Of a DNA stretch of 43,581 nucleotides, positions 1 to 12,205 are shown in pieces. The stretch covers positions 124,001 through 167,581 of the forward strand of contig ML992506.1 of the NCBI GenBank assembly GCA_010093995.1, in the 5' to 3' direction. The stretch's first letter is position 1. Each line of letters starts with the position of its first letter. Position numbers and translations under genes: made by a program. This DNA comes from Elsinoe ampelina. Taxonomy: Eukaryota. Under the pieces are notes generated by a model, which did no database searches, was not told the origin of the DNA, and saw only the letters and a program-made list of their open reading frames with translations.

Positions 1-482
1 CAAAGTCATATGTTTCGCGCGAGGGAGGGATGATGCCAGGGAGGAGAGGCATGGCTGCGGTGTTCGCGCGATGAGTGGCTGCGGGTGGTGGAAAGAGATG
101 AAAGGTGTAGCAGCGAGAAGCTACAGCGTGTGCAACACGTATTGACCGGAAGGATGCTACGTAGAGCTCGAGGTCGTCTCCGCAACTCGAAAGAGCTCAA
201 GTGCAGGTTTGACAGATCATGTCGTCATGCCAAGGTACGCAGATCTGGTCAAGCTTCTCTTATCCAGATGCCGGCTGCCGATGAACCATCACCACGAACG
301 AGTCAATGCTCAGGGGATGATATAGAATAGAGAGAAGGCACGTCTGTTTCATCCATTCCATTGTCTGTCTACCTTTCATGCATCCAAAACGCCATCTAAA
401 ACCCAGGTATATCTTCCGACATGGTATCATTGACCGACCTTCCCGAGCACCTGTAAATGCTTCACCATCTGCGTCTCTTGAA

Positions 483-2783
483 TTACCCCTGGCTCCTCTG
501 GCTGCTATTACTCTTTGTCCTCTGCAGGCTGGAGAGTCCTGCAACAGTGCTTGCTCGCTCCTCGTACAATTTCGTCAAGTCATCAACGCTCTGCTTTCTC
601 TCGCCCACTTGGCCTCGCTGTCCTGCGCTGTTGTTGGCATTCGCTTCCTTCTCCCAACTCTGCATCCGCTGTAGTAGACCTGGACTTGGTGTCCTAGGCT
701 TCGGTATATGTGCCTGAGCATGTGTTCCGCTGTCCACCCTGTCGCCAATTCGGCTGAGGTCGATTGGCGGAGTAGGTTTTCGCTGCACAGATTTGTTCGA
801 ACTGACACTAGCTTGTCGAGAACTAGCAGCCCACGTAGGCTTGATAAAGACACCGTCGTCACTCCTGTCGCTCTTGGCAGACTCGCCGCTGACTGAACGA
901 AGCATTGTCTGCGCTCCTTGGATCTCGGCGAGTGAAGGTGAAAATAGTGGCGACACTGGATCTTGTCGTGCTGTGCCGGCACCAGCAGTGACTGTGGCAG
1001 CGTGCTTGATGGAGTTATTTGACAGCGGGCGCGTACTTTGTGCCGAGGTTTCAGCTTGTATCGAGTGCGATCGAGCCGATTTCTCTGGCAGGAAACCATT
1101 CTGCTCGTCTTGCATGCGTTGCTTAGTGTCTGAAGGCTGTTCGTTGCCACGAGCGTACGATGGCGGAGCACTGGGATCAGACATCAAGGTCGAGTATCGT
1201 GGAAGAGCAGCGACAGTCGGCGCAGGCTTCCGACGAGGTATAGGCGCAGGTGGGGGCTGTCCATCTCGGCTTCGTGGCAACGAGGATGATCGTGGTGGTA
1301 GAACCGGCGCAATCTCTGGCACCTCGGAATCCCGAAGGGTGATATGTTGCATTCTCTGGTCTAAAGTGGTTGAGTTGTCCCTTGCCACGTCTGGAAGCGG
1401 ATCGTCGTAATCTTCCGGCTTCTCTGATGGTTTGAGCGCGTTGTAGAATTCGCTCCGAGTTGTACGGCACTTTTCCTCCAGGCCATGAGGCCACTCTGAC
1501 ACTGCTTCAGTAAGTATCCGTCGAATCACACTGGTCATTTTCGCATCCTGCAATTGATCTGATCCGCAGATCAGCGCTGGAGAGAAGCACACTGCCAGGT
1601 TTTCTGGAGTCATCTTGTTATCCGGCTCATGCGACGCCACAATAGCCAGGAGCGGTAGTAAATGCCACGTGATGATGAGTCGGCTCGTATGTGGTAGTAT
1701 CGACCCCTTGGAGAAGGGTGAGATCAACTCGACCAGAGCCTCTTGCGTGATCTCCTGATCCGGCGATCCATATGACTGGCGCAGACTCTCATAGCACTTT
1801 TCGGGCACGACGGGAGATTTGAGTTCTCGATACCACGTCTTGATCAGTCCCGCTGCCAGATGTACCCCATACGCATCCGACTCATGTACCTCGCTCAATG
1901 TCTTTGAGCTCATGCCAGGATCGACTTGCGAGACGTGCAATTCCTTCCACACAATGAAGTGCTGCCCTCGGTCGTAAGCCTCTCTAAGGATGCCCAAAAG
2001 TGTGGAGTGAGGAGGGATTCGGAATATGCCTTCGGTCTTCAGGTTTGGTTCGGCCAGTATGAAAGTGGTGGCTTCTCGCAAAGCTCGAGGTAACCTTCTG
2101 TTACCCTCGCCGTCCTTTGGCAGCGGCTCGCTAGCGCCAAATGCACGTCGACCCGTCGCGTAGGGTACGTAAATGTCGGCCACCACCTTGCGATCGTGCA
2201 GGTAGACAGCAGGCGGTATTAGGAGATTCTCCAGAGGTATGTATAGAGCGAGGGCGCTGAGCGAGCTGACGTGGACCACCTTCTTCTTGAACTTGGGCGA
2301 CACTATCGTCCCAAAGACTTCTGTGAGCACCCTGACCCAGCTTCTTTCGTGTACGATGTAGATCTTCTGGAGACGCTTCCTCAATGCTCTGCTCAAGACC
2401 TGATAGACCTGGATGTACCATCCAATGCCCGGCCCACTCTTCTTTTCGCCTGTCGCACTTTCTGGTTGCCCGCCAGCGAAAAAGACCACCTCATACTCTG
2501 CTCCGGCGATAAGGTCGTCCTCTCCTGGCAATCGATCTAGAACATATGGCAGCAGTGCATCGTAATCTACTTCCATGGAATCTGGAAAGGCGGCTGCGTT
2601 GAGTATGTAGACGGGCAGACCGTGCTGAGAAGGGAGAGGTGACTGGTATAATATTGATGCTGCATGTCCAGCATATTCCTCTGAATAGTCTTGTGAAGAA
2701 CGTGACGGTGGGATGGTCTGCAGATTGGCTGCGTTGCTGCTACTGCGCATGCGCGCTGCTCTCTGGACAAAAGCCGACTTCAT
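483..2783 (-). CDS. ECM25: CRAL-TRIO/BCH-domain + RhoGAP protein (Ecm25-like), 766 aa, apparently intronless
   Basis: Long ORF. N-terminal LRKRLQKIYIVH...SPKFKKKVVHVSSL matches BCH/CRAL-TRIO_2. TEGIFRIP (arginine finger), LIKTWYREL and NKMTPENLAVCFSP match RhoGAP. The C-terminal tail is Pro/Ser-rich. Confidence 0.88.
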   Translation of the reverse strand: MKSAFVQRAARMRSSSNAANLQTIPPSRSSQDYSEEYAGHAASILYQSPLPSQHGLPVYILNAAAFPDSMEVDYDALLPYVLDRLPGEDDLIAGAEYEVVFFAGGQPESATGEKKSGPGIGWYIQVYQVLSRALRKRLQKIYIVHERSWVRVLTEVFGTIVSPKFKKKVVHVSSLSALALYIPLENLLIPPAVYLHDRKVVADIYVPYATGRRAFGASEPLPKDGEGNRRLPRALREATTFILAEPNLKTEGIFRIPPHSTLLGILREAYDRGQHFIVWKELHVSQVDPGMSSKTLSEVHESDAYGVHLAAGLIKTWYRELKSPVVPEKCYESLRQSYGSPDQEITQEALVELISPFSKGSILPHTSRLIITWHLLPLLAIVASHEPDNKMTPENLAVCFSPALICGSDQLQDAKMTSVIRRILTEAVSEWPHGLEEKCRTTRSEFYNALKPSEKPEDYDDPLPDVARDNSTTLDQRMQHITLRDSEVPEIAPVLPPRSSSLPRSRDGQPPPAPIPRRKPAPTVAALPRYSTLMSDPSAPPSYARGNEQPSDTKQRMQDEQNGFLPEKSARSHSIQAETSAQSTRPLSNNSIKHAATVTAGAGTARQDPVSPLFSPSLAEIQGAQTMLRSVSGESAKSDRSDDGVFIKPTWAASSRQASVSSNKSVQRKPTPPIDLSRIGDRVDSGTHAQAHIPKPRTPSPGLLQRMQSWEKEANANNSAGQRGQVGERKQSVDDLTKLYEERASTVAGLSSLQRTKSNSSQRSQG

Positions 2784-3284
2784 CGTGATGGCTGTGAAGA
2801 GAGGAAGGTGCTAAGCGGGCCAGACCAGTGAGACGCAAGAAGCAAAGAAAGATGCTAGCTAGGGCGATGCGATCATCTTCTGAGAAGAGCCCTACTTCAG
2901 GCAGAAGTGAGACGAGAGGAAATCCGTATCACACTTTGCGAATTCGTCACGGGTGTCGTGAGGGCATACGATGTCGCCAGGGTCTTGAAGAAGAGGAATT
3001 GGCTTGCCCTGTGATTGTGGACTACCTCCGTAATGTTTTGCTGCAACGGCTCCTGTGACGAGGGGTCAACCACGAAAGTGACCTGCGAAGTTGAACCAAA
3101 CATTGATCGGCGGGCCGGCGCCTCATTCCGCCGCGAAGCGGGGCATTTTCGAAAAAGACAGGGTACGGCGTGCTAAAATTGGTTAAAAGGTTTGCCCATC
3201 TTTCACGAGCTTCTTGCCTCTAGAGGAGTTGCGTGGCCCTCCGGAGTATTTTGCTGCCTGAAAACTTGCATTTAATGTACGAAG

Positions 3285-4059
3285 TTATAGCTTGGCTCCA
3301 TTTTCCTTGTCGGCATCCGTCTCTTCGGCGGCGGCAGCATTCTCTTCTGCTTTGTCCAGCTGCTCTTCACCCTTCTCGTCGGTCCCTCCAAGCTTGTCGA
3401 CAATGGCCTTGACCACATCCACAGTGCCAAGTGGGCTACCGGCCTCGAGCGCAAGCACCTCGCCATCCTTGCTGACCACGAAGATGCCACGCTGGGTACT
3501 CTCACCATTCTTGAAGCCTAGCGCTCCCACCAGAGCTGCCGGCTTGTCGCAGAGTAGCGTGTATGGCAAGTTCTGCTTCGTCTTGAAATTGGTATTGGAC
3601 GTTGTCGAGTCCCTGCTCAAGCCATAGATGTCGAGACCAGTGGAAGTCAATGGCTCATACGAGTCGCGGAATGCCACTGCCTGCTTCGTACCTATTCAAA
3701 CATTAGCTATCGCAAGTACATTTTGGGTATGTTTGCATACATCCTCCAGTGCTCGCCTTTGGGTAGGTGAATATCACGACACCAGACTTGCTCTTCTCGA
3801 CCAATTGCTTGAGACTCGTCTTTTCTCCGTCATTGGTCTCGAATTGACCTCCGAATGATTCGAGATCAATCTTGTCGCCGACTTTTGGCGGACCACTTTT
3901 CTTCGCAGTGGCTGCGGCTGGTGCGGCTTTCTTCACTTCGGTCGCCTTCTCCTTTGCGCCGGCGCCGTTCGCTGCTGGTTCCTCCTTGGGCTTCTTCTCC
4001 TTCTTTGCGGGCTTGGCCGGTGCTGGTGGAGGCGTCTTTCGCTTTCGTAACTCAACCAT
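3285..4059 (-). CDS. DOT5: Peroxiredoxin Q/BCP (Dot5-like). Exons 4059-3741 and 3691-3285; intron 3692-3740
   Basis: Spliced product reads VVIFTYPKASTGGCTKQAVAFRD...YGLSRD...LPYTLLCD...RGIFVV. Basic NLS-like N-terminus. Intron is GTATGC..GCTAAT..TAG. Confidence 0.9.
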
Positions 4060-5027
4060 TGCGTGCGCTCTGAGCTGGTAGGTTGAACGAGGGAAAACAG
4101 AGTAGTACAGAGTAGTAGATGAGAATGCGCGAAAGAGGAAGAGGTCCCCTCGAAATATGCGACGAGAACAGAGTCTGTCCTACCTTCGATGACCAAGCCT
4201 CTTAATCAAAGCAGACATCGGGGATCAGGGCAGGTCATTGGCATTTGATCCAACCGCTGCCCGAGCTCCTTCACGTTTCCCCTCGATTTTGGCACGACAA
4301 TGGCGTCAATGCTGCTGCGGGAGAGCCGATCAGGGAGCTTGGGCCATGGCTTCTCAGGAACACCACTTGCAAGCTTGCCACCCGGCAATATCTCCAACCT
4401 CCTTCACCACAAATTTCAATCAACAAATGTACTGATGACAGTCGACGCTACCAAATTATTCGTGAGCAACACGAATGCACGTTTGATCAAAGCACCGCAG
4501 TCGTTGTCTGGTATCACGACGCTCATCTCCAGTCTTCCCAATTCCCAGACTGCTCGGTGAACGCTGTCATGTTCACTGATAGGAGCTACAACTCACCCAT
4601 CTTTCCAAGTTTCGGGCAGATGTCAAGACAGCCTTGTCACCGGTATGCTGTCTGTGTTGTCGAAGGTTGTTAACGGCATTCTGCGAGCTCAGGCAATGAG
4701 AGAAAAGCAAGCGTCCGAAGCTTTCTGCATCCGCGCATGTGGATGCTATGCTTTGCGCGTGATTCATGCAAATAGTTGGAAAGGTTGCAAAGTACCTACA
4801 ACTGTGCCTTATCTCTGACCTTACAGTTACAAAGTCAATCCGCCCACGATGAATTTCGTCCAAAGCCGTAGGTACCAGTCTCCATTGGTCCTCGACAACA
4901 CAATGTGACAGCACATATGATCTCTCTTGTATCTCTCCTCTTTCCTTTCTACAGGATCATCCACGGCGTTCCTCATCTTGACGTTGCCACTGCTTCCTCA
5001 AGACAGTCACCATATCAGTCTACAAAC

Positions 5028-6554
5028 ATGTATCCCAAGCAGTCTGCCTTGAGAACGGACAGTCAAGATGGAGATATGCAGGCCACCAAAACCTCTCCCG
5101 ATATCTCCCTGCGCTCCTTGGGACCCGACGTCGAGACCGACACCAACCAAGTTCAAGACCCTCCTGCAGTCGAAGCTGATCCTTTTGGAGATGAGAGTGG
5201 CGACGGCGTCCACTACAAGACGCTACGCTGGTGGCAATGCAGCCTCCTCATGATCGCAGAGACCATTTCCCTCGGGATCCTATCACTGCCAGCCGTCATC
5301 TCGAAGATGGGCTTCATCCCCGGTGTGCTCCTCATCGTCGGCTTCGGGGCCATGGCCACCTACTCAGGATACATCACCGGTCAATTCAAAATGGCGCACC
5401 CGAGCGTCCACAGCTTCGCAGACGCAGGCTACATGATCTTCGGCAAATGGGGCGAATACATCATCTCAGTCGCGCAGGCTCTCGTCTTCATCTTCATCAT
5501 GGCCGCCCACATCCTCGCCTTCTCCATCATGATGAACGTCCTCACCGAACACGCCACCTGCTCCCTCATCTTCGCCTCGGCCGGCACCATCCTCTCCTTC
5601 CTCCTCTCCATGCCCCGCACCCTCCGCAGCACCTCCCTCCTCTCCGCATTCTGTAAGTCCTCCCCCCTCCCCCCTCCCCATCCCCCGCAGACTAACCCCC
5701 CCTCCCAGCCTGCATCTCCATCACCCTCTCCGTCCTCATCACCATGATCGGCGTCTCCCTCCTCCACCCCCACGGCTCCCCCAGCACAACCCTCATCACC
5801 CTCCCCACCCCAACCACGACCCAATCCTACGCCATCGGCATCTCCAACATCGTCATCGCCTTCACAGGCCACACGGCCTACTTCAGCTTCATCAGCGAAC
5901 TGCGCCGGCCGCACGACTTCCCCAAAGCCCTCGCGCTCCTCCAGACAATGGCCATCACATTCTACGTCGTCGTCGCCGTGGTGATATACTACTACGCAGG
6001 CGGGGACGTGGCGTCGCCCGCGCTGGGCTCCGCCTCCCCCGTGGTGAGGAAGGTGGCGTACGGCATCGCCGCGCCCACGATCGTCGTCGCGGGCGTGGTC
6101 AACTCGCATGTCTGCGTGAAGAATATCTACGTGCGCGTGTGGCGGGGCACCGAGGTCATGAAGCAGCGCGGCGGGAGGGCGGTGTGGAGTTGGCTTGCGT
6201 TGACGGCGGGGGCGTGGGTGGTGGCGTTTTTGATCGCAGAGTCGATTCCGGTTTTCCATGAACTGCTGGGGATTATGGGGGCGTTGTTTTGTAGTTGGTT
6301 TAGTTTGGGGTTGCCGGCGGGGTTTTGGTTGTGGTTGAATAAGGGCCGACTCTTGAGCGGGTGGAGGAAGAGGTGTTTGACGGGCGTGAACCTGGGGATT
6401 TGTGCGTGTTGTTTGGTTGTGGTGAGTATGATGTTGAGGTTGAAAGGGAGGAGGCTGACTTGGATAGTGTATACTTGGGACCTATGGGTCGATCAAGTCC
6501 ATCATGGCGTCTTCGGCTTTTCAGAAGCCCTTCTCTTGCGCTGACAACTCTTGA
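5028..6554 (+). CDS. Neutral amino-acid permease (Aa_trans, Mtr-like). Introns 5653-5708 and 6422-6467
   Basis: YKTLRWWQCSLLMIAETISLGILSLP, FSFISELRRPHDFPKAL, SPALGSA and the spliced C-terminus KPFSCADNS* are typical of Neurospora Mtr-like permeases. Both introns have canonical GT-AG ends. Confidence 0.9.
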
Positions 6555-6790
6555 TCTGAATTATATGGCTAGCTTTAACGACACGCTTCTACCAGGGTGC
6601 TGCACAGTAGCTGGACTGTGGCATCGGCTTGTACAATCACCAATCACATGGTCATACAAATGGCCGTCTTGAGATACCTCGAACGGGTTGGAAGAAAGTG
6701 AGCAGAGTGACATTCCCAAACCACCGCTATGCATCTACAATATCCAAAAACAAATATGGGTATCTCCCTATGATGCAAAACAGCCCAATC

Positions 6791-8483
6791 CTACAACTTA
6801 CCCCCCACCTCAGTCCCCTTCTTCGCCCAAGCCCTCTCCGAAGCAAACTCATCGCTCTCCCCCACCTTCTTCTGCCTGATCCTCAGCAACCCCTCTGCCT
6901 TCTTCCACTCCGCCTCCTCCATCCTCTTCACCTGCTCCGCGACAGACTCCACCTCCCTCCACTCTCCCCTGCTCCCAGCGTGCATCTCATCCTCGCCAAC
7001 GCGCCAACTCCTCCTCCCTCCGTCTCTCCGACCAGGTGAGCGATCGGAAAGATCCCCTTCACCCCACATACTCAGTCTCTGAACGCGACGGAGTTTTCGG
7101 AGTCCATAGACGCACGCGATGGCGGTGAAGACTGCGCAAGTGAAGCTGACCAGGGGAAAGCCAAAGTCCCATTCCTCAATGAAGGATTTCAGGTTCATGC
7201 CGTAGAGAGCGGCGACAAAGGTGCCTGCGCCGATACCGAGGGTGCCGATGCTGAATTTGAGGTCGAGGAGCATAAGGGAGTTACGGTTGGCGTCGAGGAT
7301 GGCTTTGACGCTTGGGAAACGGGTCAGTCTGGTTCAGGTGAGAATGAGAGTAATAAACTTACATCTCCTCCGTGTTGCGGATGTTGCTGACCAAGTTTCC
7401 GCTTACTTGCACAATCTCGTCGCACACCTTGTCGTAGCTCTCCAGCAGCATCTCAACTTCCGTATGGTCTTCCTCACTTCTCTCTCGTCCTTCCCGCTTC
7501 TCAGTAAGGTACATGCTCGCGAGATCGTCGTCTGCCTCGAGCAGTTCATCAATCGCATCCCTCACCAATCGCGCTCTTTGCTCGAATGTGCCTAGCTTCT
7601 TACTCAATACCAATAGCATCCGCAGTTTATCCCTATCGATGTTCTCCTCCAAATCTCGCAGTACCTTCACAACTGGCCCTCTGACACCCTCGAATTCGCT
7701 CTCCAATGCGCTTGTAACACTGATCAAGACTGCTTCCAAAGCTCGGAACTCGTATGGCAGCGGCGCCTCTCCTTTTCCCTTGCCCTCACGCAGACTCAAC
7801 TTTCCTTCCAGATCGTACATGAACAGACTCTGCGTGTAGCTATCCGTACTCCCGTATGCGTCAAAGACTAATACCCTGTCGGCCTGGATCAGACATCTGA
7901 TATGCAGTAGATTCATGAGGATGCTCTTTTGTCGGACGAGAATGTTGGGAAGAAGCGACGAGTCGATCTTCCGCAGATCTCGTGGTTGTAATCCATATTT
8001 CTGGATTAGCTCCGATTTGCGGAACTCCCCATTCACCACCGTCACATTGCCGTGTTCGTCGAATTCTGTGCAGCGAAGGCGTTGGTCAGGGATCGGCTTG
8101 GACAAGCGACTACCGAGGGAGGCTGAGTCGTCGAGGAGAGACGTGAGTGGGGACGGGGAGGAAGGAGGCTTGAGGCGCCACTTGGAGAAGAGAGATTGAC
8201 GGCTGGCAACCTCCCGTGGTCGTAGGAAAGTCGGGGAGTGATGGAATGGGCGGACAGAGAGTCTACGACCCTCATGTTTCGAGTAAGGTCCAAGGCTGAG
8301 GATCAAAGAATTACTACCGTGCCATGGTGAAGTGTGGTATACCCTCCGCGACTCGAGGATGCGGTAGGTGGGTCGAGTTGATCTGGTCTCGATAGGGAAG
8401 CGGAGGGAGTCAGCCTGGATCTTCAGATATCGGAGCACAGCATTCGATGGTACGGGCGAGCTGCTGAGAGACACGGGTCTCAT
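6791..8483 (-). CDS. LPE10: Mitochondrial CorA-family Mg2+ transporter (Mrs2/Lpe10). Intron 7311-7362; an alternative ATG lies at 8543
   Basis: KYGLQPRDLRKID, LPYEFRALEAVL, EVEMLLESY, ILDANRNSL and the YGMN signature. Arg/Ser-rich presequence. Assignment to Lpe10 rather than Mrs2 is not certain. Confidence 0.9.
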
Positions 8484-8814
8484 CGCTGTGCTCGGAATGA
8501 TCCTGACGAAAGAAGATGGAGCTTGAGAATTTCTGGTTGACATCACAGGTCGCCCGCTTAGTCAGCGCTTTGCATCTCTCGACGAGGACGAGATACTACT
8601 CCGAAATGATCACATCAAGTGTCAATTCCGACACGATCATGAGCGAGACGGTAGGTCAGCATGAGCCTGACAATATTGTGGGGGTGCTTGCTGATTTTGT
8701 CCTAGTGACATTGTTGAACAGCTCAAAGAGCATTGAGGACCTCGCCCATCTGGATCTATAAGAATGTATATTCATGAATCGTCTGTGAGCCAATGCTTCT
8801 TCTCCAATCATGGT

Positions 8815-11800
8815 TCATCTCATCTTCAATTCCATCCGACTAATCTTCTTGACAAACCCAAGTCCTTTCCCACTCTTCTCCTTCCTCAGCACGTTACTAC
8901 TCCTGTCCCTTCCCTCGCTTTCTCGAGGTTTGTGGACGACTGTCTCCCTTTCCTGAGCTTTTTGCCCTTCCTTTGGCTCAATTTCACAGCTCTTATTCCA
9001 CACCCAGCCCATGCCCTCCTTCCTCCCCTCAACTAGGTTTCGAGCCCCTTTCATGCCGGCATCCAACCAATCCCTCAGATCCTCAATGACTCTCAGCTCA
9101 TAGGGTACCTGGAACCTCTCTACAGTCTCCACGATACTGGTAGTCCGCACATACTTGTCAAAGTTGACAACCTCGACTGCCTTGCCTTCGGTCTTCATAC
9201 CTGGCAATGTCCTTGTGCTGGGGTTGCCAGCGTCCACGAACGTCAAGTCTGTGAGGAAAAGACCAATGAAAGGCAAGCAAGGTAGTTCAGCATCTTTGAT
9301 GTGTCGCCTGAGTGTAGAGAAGTTCCTAGTGAACTCGCATATCTCTTTTAACGACTCCAGTATCTCGAGATTCTTGGGAGGGACCAAAGACCAGGTCTGT
9401 CGAAGTCGAGTGATTGCTGACGAGTTGAGGGCACACATGATAGCCATGAGGGTGTCGTAGTTGCGAAGATTGAGACAGCAGGAAGCTACCTTGATCCAAT
9501 GCTTGATGAGCAGGGCTCGATTCTTGGCTTTGGGCGTGAGCACTATCGAAGTGCTAACAAGATGCGTGATATTGGTGGAAAGCGTGGACATGGCACGTAC
9601 ATGAGAAGCGGTCGACTGTGACTTGGTGAGAGCAGCTGACAGGAGCTCCTTTGACTCGATGAGGTTGAAAATTCGTGATGCCATTAGGGTCAATTGGCGT
9701 GCAAGCTCCAGTGGTGTGAAGTCGATCAGATCGACATCACTCGAAGGCGACCTCTGGAGCACACTGAGCTGGTTTTTGCTGATCTCCGAAGGCGGCCCTG
9801 ATTTGCCAAAGTCTTTGATGTTGTCGATATTATGTACTGGTGGTAGCGGCAGCCGGTCGAGGGCAGCTTTCGTTTGGACTTTTCCTATTATGTCCAACAG
9901 TTGATGTCGTGAGGACGGTAACATGTGAACCTGCGGATTAGTAGCGAAATTGTAGAATTTCTCCATAGCTTGGGCGTTTGCCTGCGTATCCCAGTACTCC
10001 CCGAGCCAAGTCTTGATCAGCTCCAGCACTCTTTCCTGTTGCGCGAAGCAGGACTCGACCTTCTTGTCCAGCACCTTGTACTGACTGACGAGAGCACTGG
10101 CAAGATCAGCTGCACCCATGAACTGCCTGAAGGTCAAGAAGAAGGCTTTTGCTGGCTGCGGCTTCTCATCGTTGGTTTGATGTATCAAGTATTCGACGAG
10201 TGACCTTGGAGAGCCTCCCAGAAGTTGTCCATCCGCACCAACCACCAGCTCATGAGCAAAGATCTGGCTGGCGAACTCATTCATGGACCCGCTCTTAGCC
10301 TCGAGCCATGGGATCGATGTGTCAAGGAAAGATGCCCTGTCCGCCGCACTTGCTGGTAAGGGCGTGATAAGATCTGGGGTCGTGGCTCGTGTCGATGGGC
10401 ATGAGACGCTGACGGTCGAGCTCCTCCAGCTTTCCATATCTGAATTGTAACTTGCGGGAGAGGCTTTTATTGCCGACTTGGTGGGATATGGGGTCCGAGA
10501 AGACTTTGTAGGTTTGCCAGTGCAGACGTCTTCGCTGAAGGATACCTTCCGACGCAGGGAGGATGTTTCCGAATCAGTACCACGTCTTGCTGAGACACTC
10601 TGCGTTTCGACGGATAACGAAGTACAAGTGTCAGATTGCATCTGAAGTGTCAGTCGTTGCCGGGCGGTGAATCTCGATAGGTGACTGCTCATAGCTGGTC
10701 GTACCGCAGTGATGTCCCGCTGTGATTTGGCGCTAAGTAGTAAAGCTTTGGCATCTAGGGCATAGTCTCCATGATCCCGTAGGCTCCTCCTGGCTTCAGT
10801 CACACAGTCGGCTGCTGTGCGTATGCAGGTCGTGGCAACCGACATTAGAACATTGGTCGTGAGCGTAGTCTCTAGACCCATCCCGGCCTGCTTCGAGTCT
10901 CTTCGAGGGTCTGGCTGAATGGCGCCAGCGAGAATGGCCAGACTGTTGGCAAATGCTTGGATTGACATGTCAAAGTCATTCGAGGGCCTCATATGGCGAG
11001 CTCTAATATCCTTGATGAGCGCCAGAAGCGTAGACGAGGAGCCAAGAGTTCGCAAGACCATCAGCTTGATCTCATCTGGCGGGCTCGATTGCATGTGTAG
11101 ACCGAGGAAAGATCCCACATTGTCGAAGAATTGTGATTGTGTTATCGTAAGAAGTTCCGAGACTCGACTGGAATTTCTCAGCTCTTCTAATGATGTGGAT
11201 GATCGCGGAACAGCCCTGTAGGTAGGTGCTGCGCTTCTTCTCCTCGCTGCATGAAGAGGTTTTGCTTGACCGGGCGATGGCAACGGCGAGGTGCTGCCCA
11301 AACGACTGCCTGTACTTGCTGGTAGTTCGATCAAAGTCTGTTTGCTGTGACGCCGTAGTCCTAATCTTGATAGACCGCTGAAACGCTGTTTGTGAGACGC
11401 TGTGCTATTTGCCCGGACTGGCTTGATGTCCGGGGCTCTGTCCATAAGATACCGAGAGCTGTTCTGTGAAGGTGGTCGATCATCATCAGGTCTGGCCGTG
11501 ATATTGACATCCGGATCTTGCATGTATTGTGTCCAGACATCCATGAAGCGGACCAAGCGTACCGACACCTTGAATGCTCGTCGTGTGTACTCGTCGACTA
11601 GTCTGGTCCACTCATGGTTGTTAGTGCTTGTTTTAGCTTGTTCAGCGACATGGTTACTGTGCTTGACGAGAGCGGATAGTTCGGCTAGGAGACTGCGTCT
11701 GGTCGTCTGTAAAGGAACGCTGGTCTTAATCAGGCTATCCTCTCGGCGCAGGCAACGGGTTTGATCCTGCAAGCAAGTCAGTTCGAGTCATCTGAACATG

Positions 11801-12205
11801 ATGCTAGACGGCTCTTACCAGCACATGTCTCACGCCTGTTACCAAGACTTGTACTTCCTCCCGTCGGGAGTCACGCCATGCCGCGGCGTGATTGTCTCGA
11901 GCGCCCGCAGTCCAGATCTCGGTAAGACCGTGGAAGAAGGTGCGTACGAATTCGTGGTCGTAGGGTTCGCAGTAATTAGCTGGGATCCAGCCCCGATCAC
12001 CAGAGTTGAGTACAGTCCCGTCTGCCCATCCATTCGAGTTCGTAAGGTGTACCAGGACTACATCGCCCGTCCGTAGTGTTACGGTCTTGGACGTAGGCTT
12101 TCCGGGGTCAGTGGTCGATTGGAGAGGCTCATGATCGTGAAGTGCTCGGATGTACTTTCTGTTCAGAGGCGGAGGTGGGCGATTCCGCTTCGGTGCTCGA
12201 TCCAT
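8815..12205 (-). CDS. SH3-domain Ras GEF (Cdc25/Bud5-like; REM + RasGEF). Intron 11767-11818; 5' end uncertain
   Basis: SH3: YIRALHD...GWADGT...RGWIPANYCE. REM: AFFLTFRQF. RasGEF: ELARQLTL, IKHWIKVA, LRNYDTLMAI, PCLPFIGLFLTDLTFVDAGN, VNFDK. Confidence 0.9.

Noticed and set aside
1..480. Possible 5' end of a minus-strand gene (ATG ACT TTG at 9-1) and short ORFs
   Set aside because: Only three codons are visible and no ORF has a recognisable motif.
4245..4914. ORFs of 86-142 aa between the peroxiredoxin and the permease
   Set aside because: Mostly non-ATG starts with no recognisable domain; best read as a divergent promoter region.
5429..6259. 276-aa antisense ORF
   Set aside because: Shadow of the permease's biased codon usage; low-complexity product.
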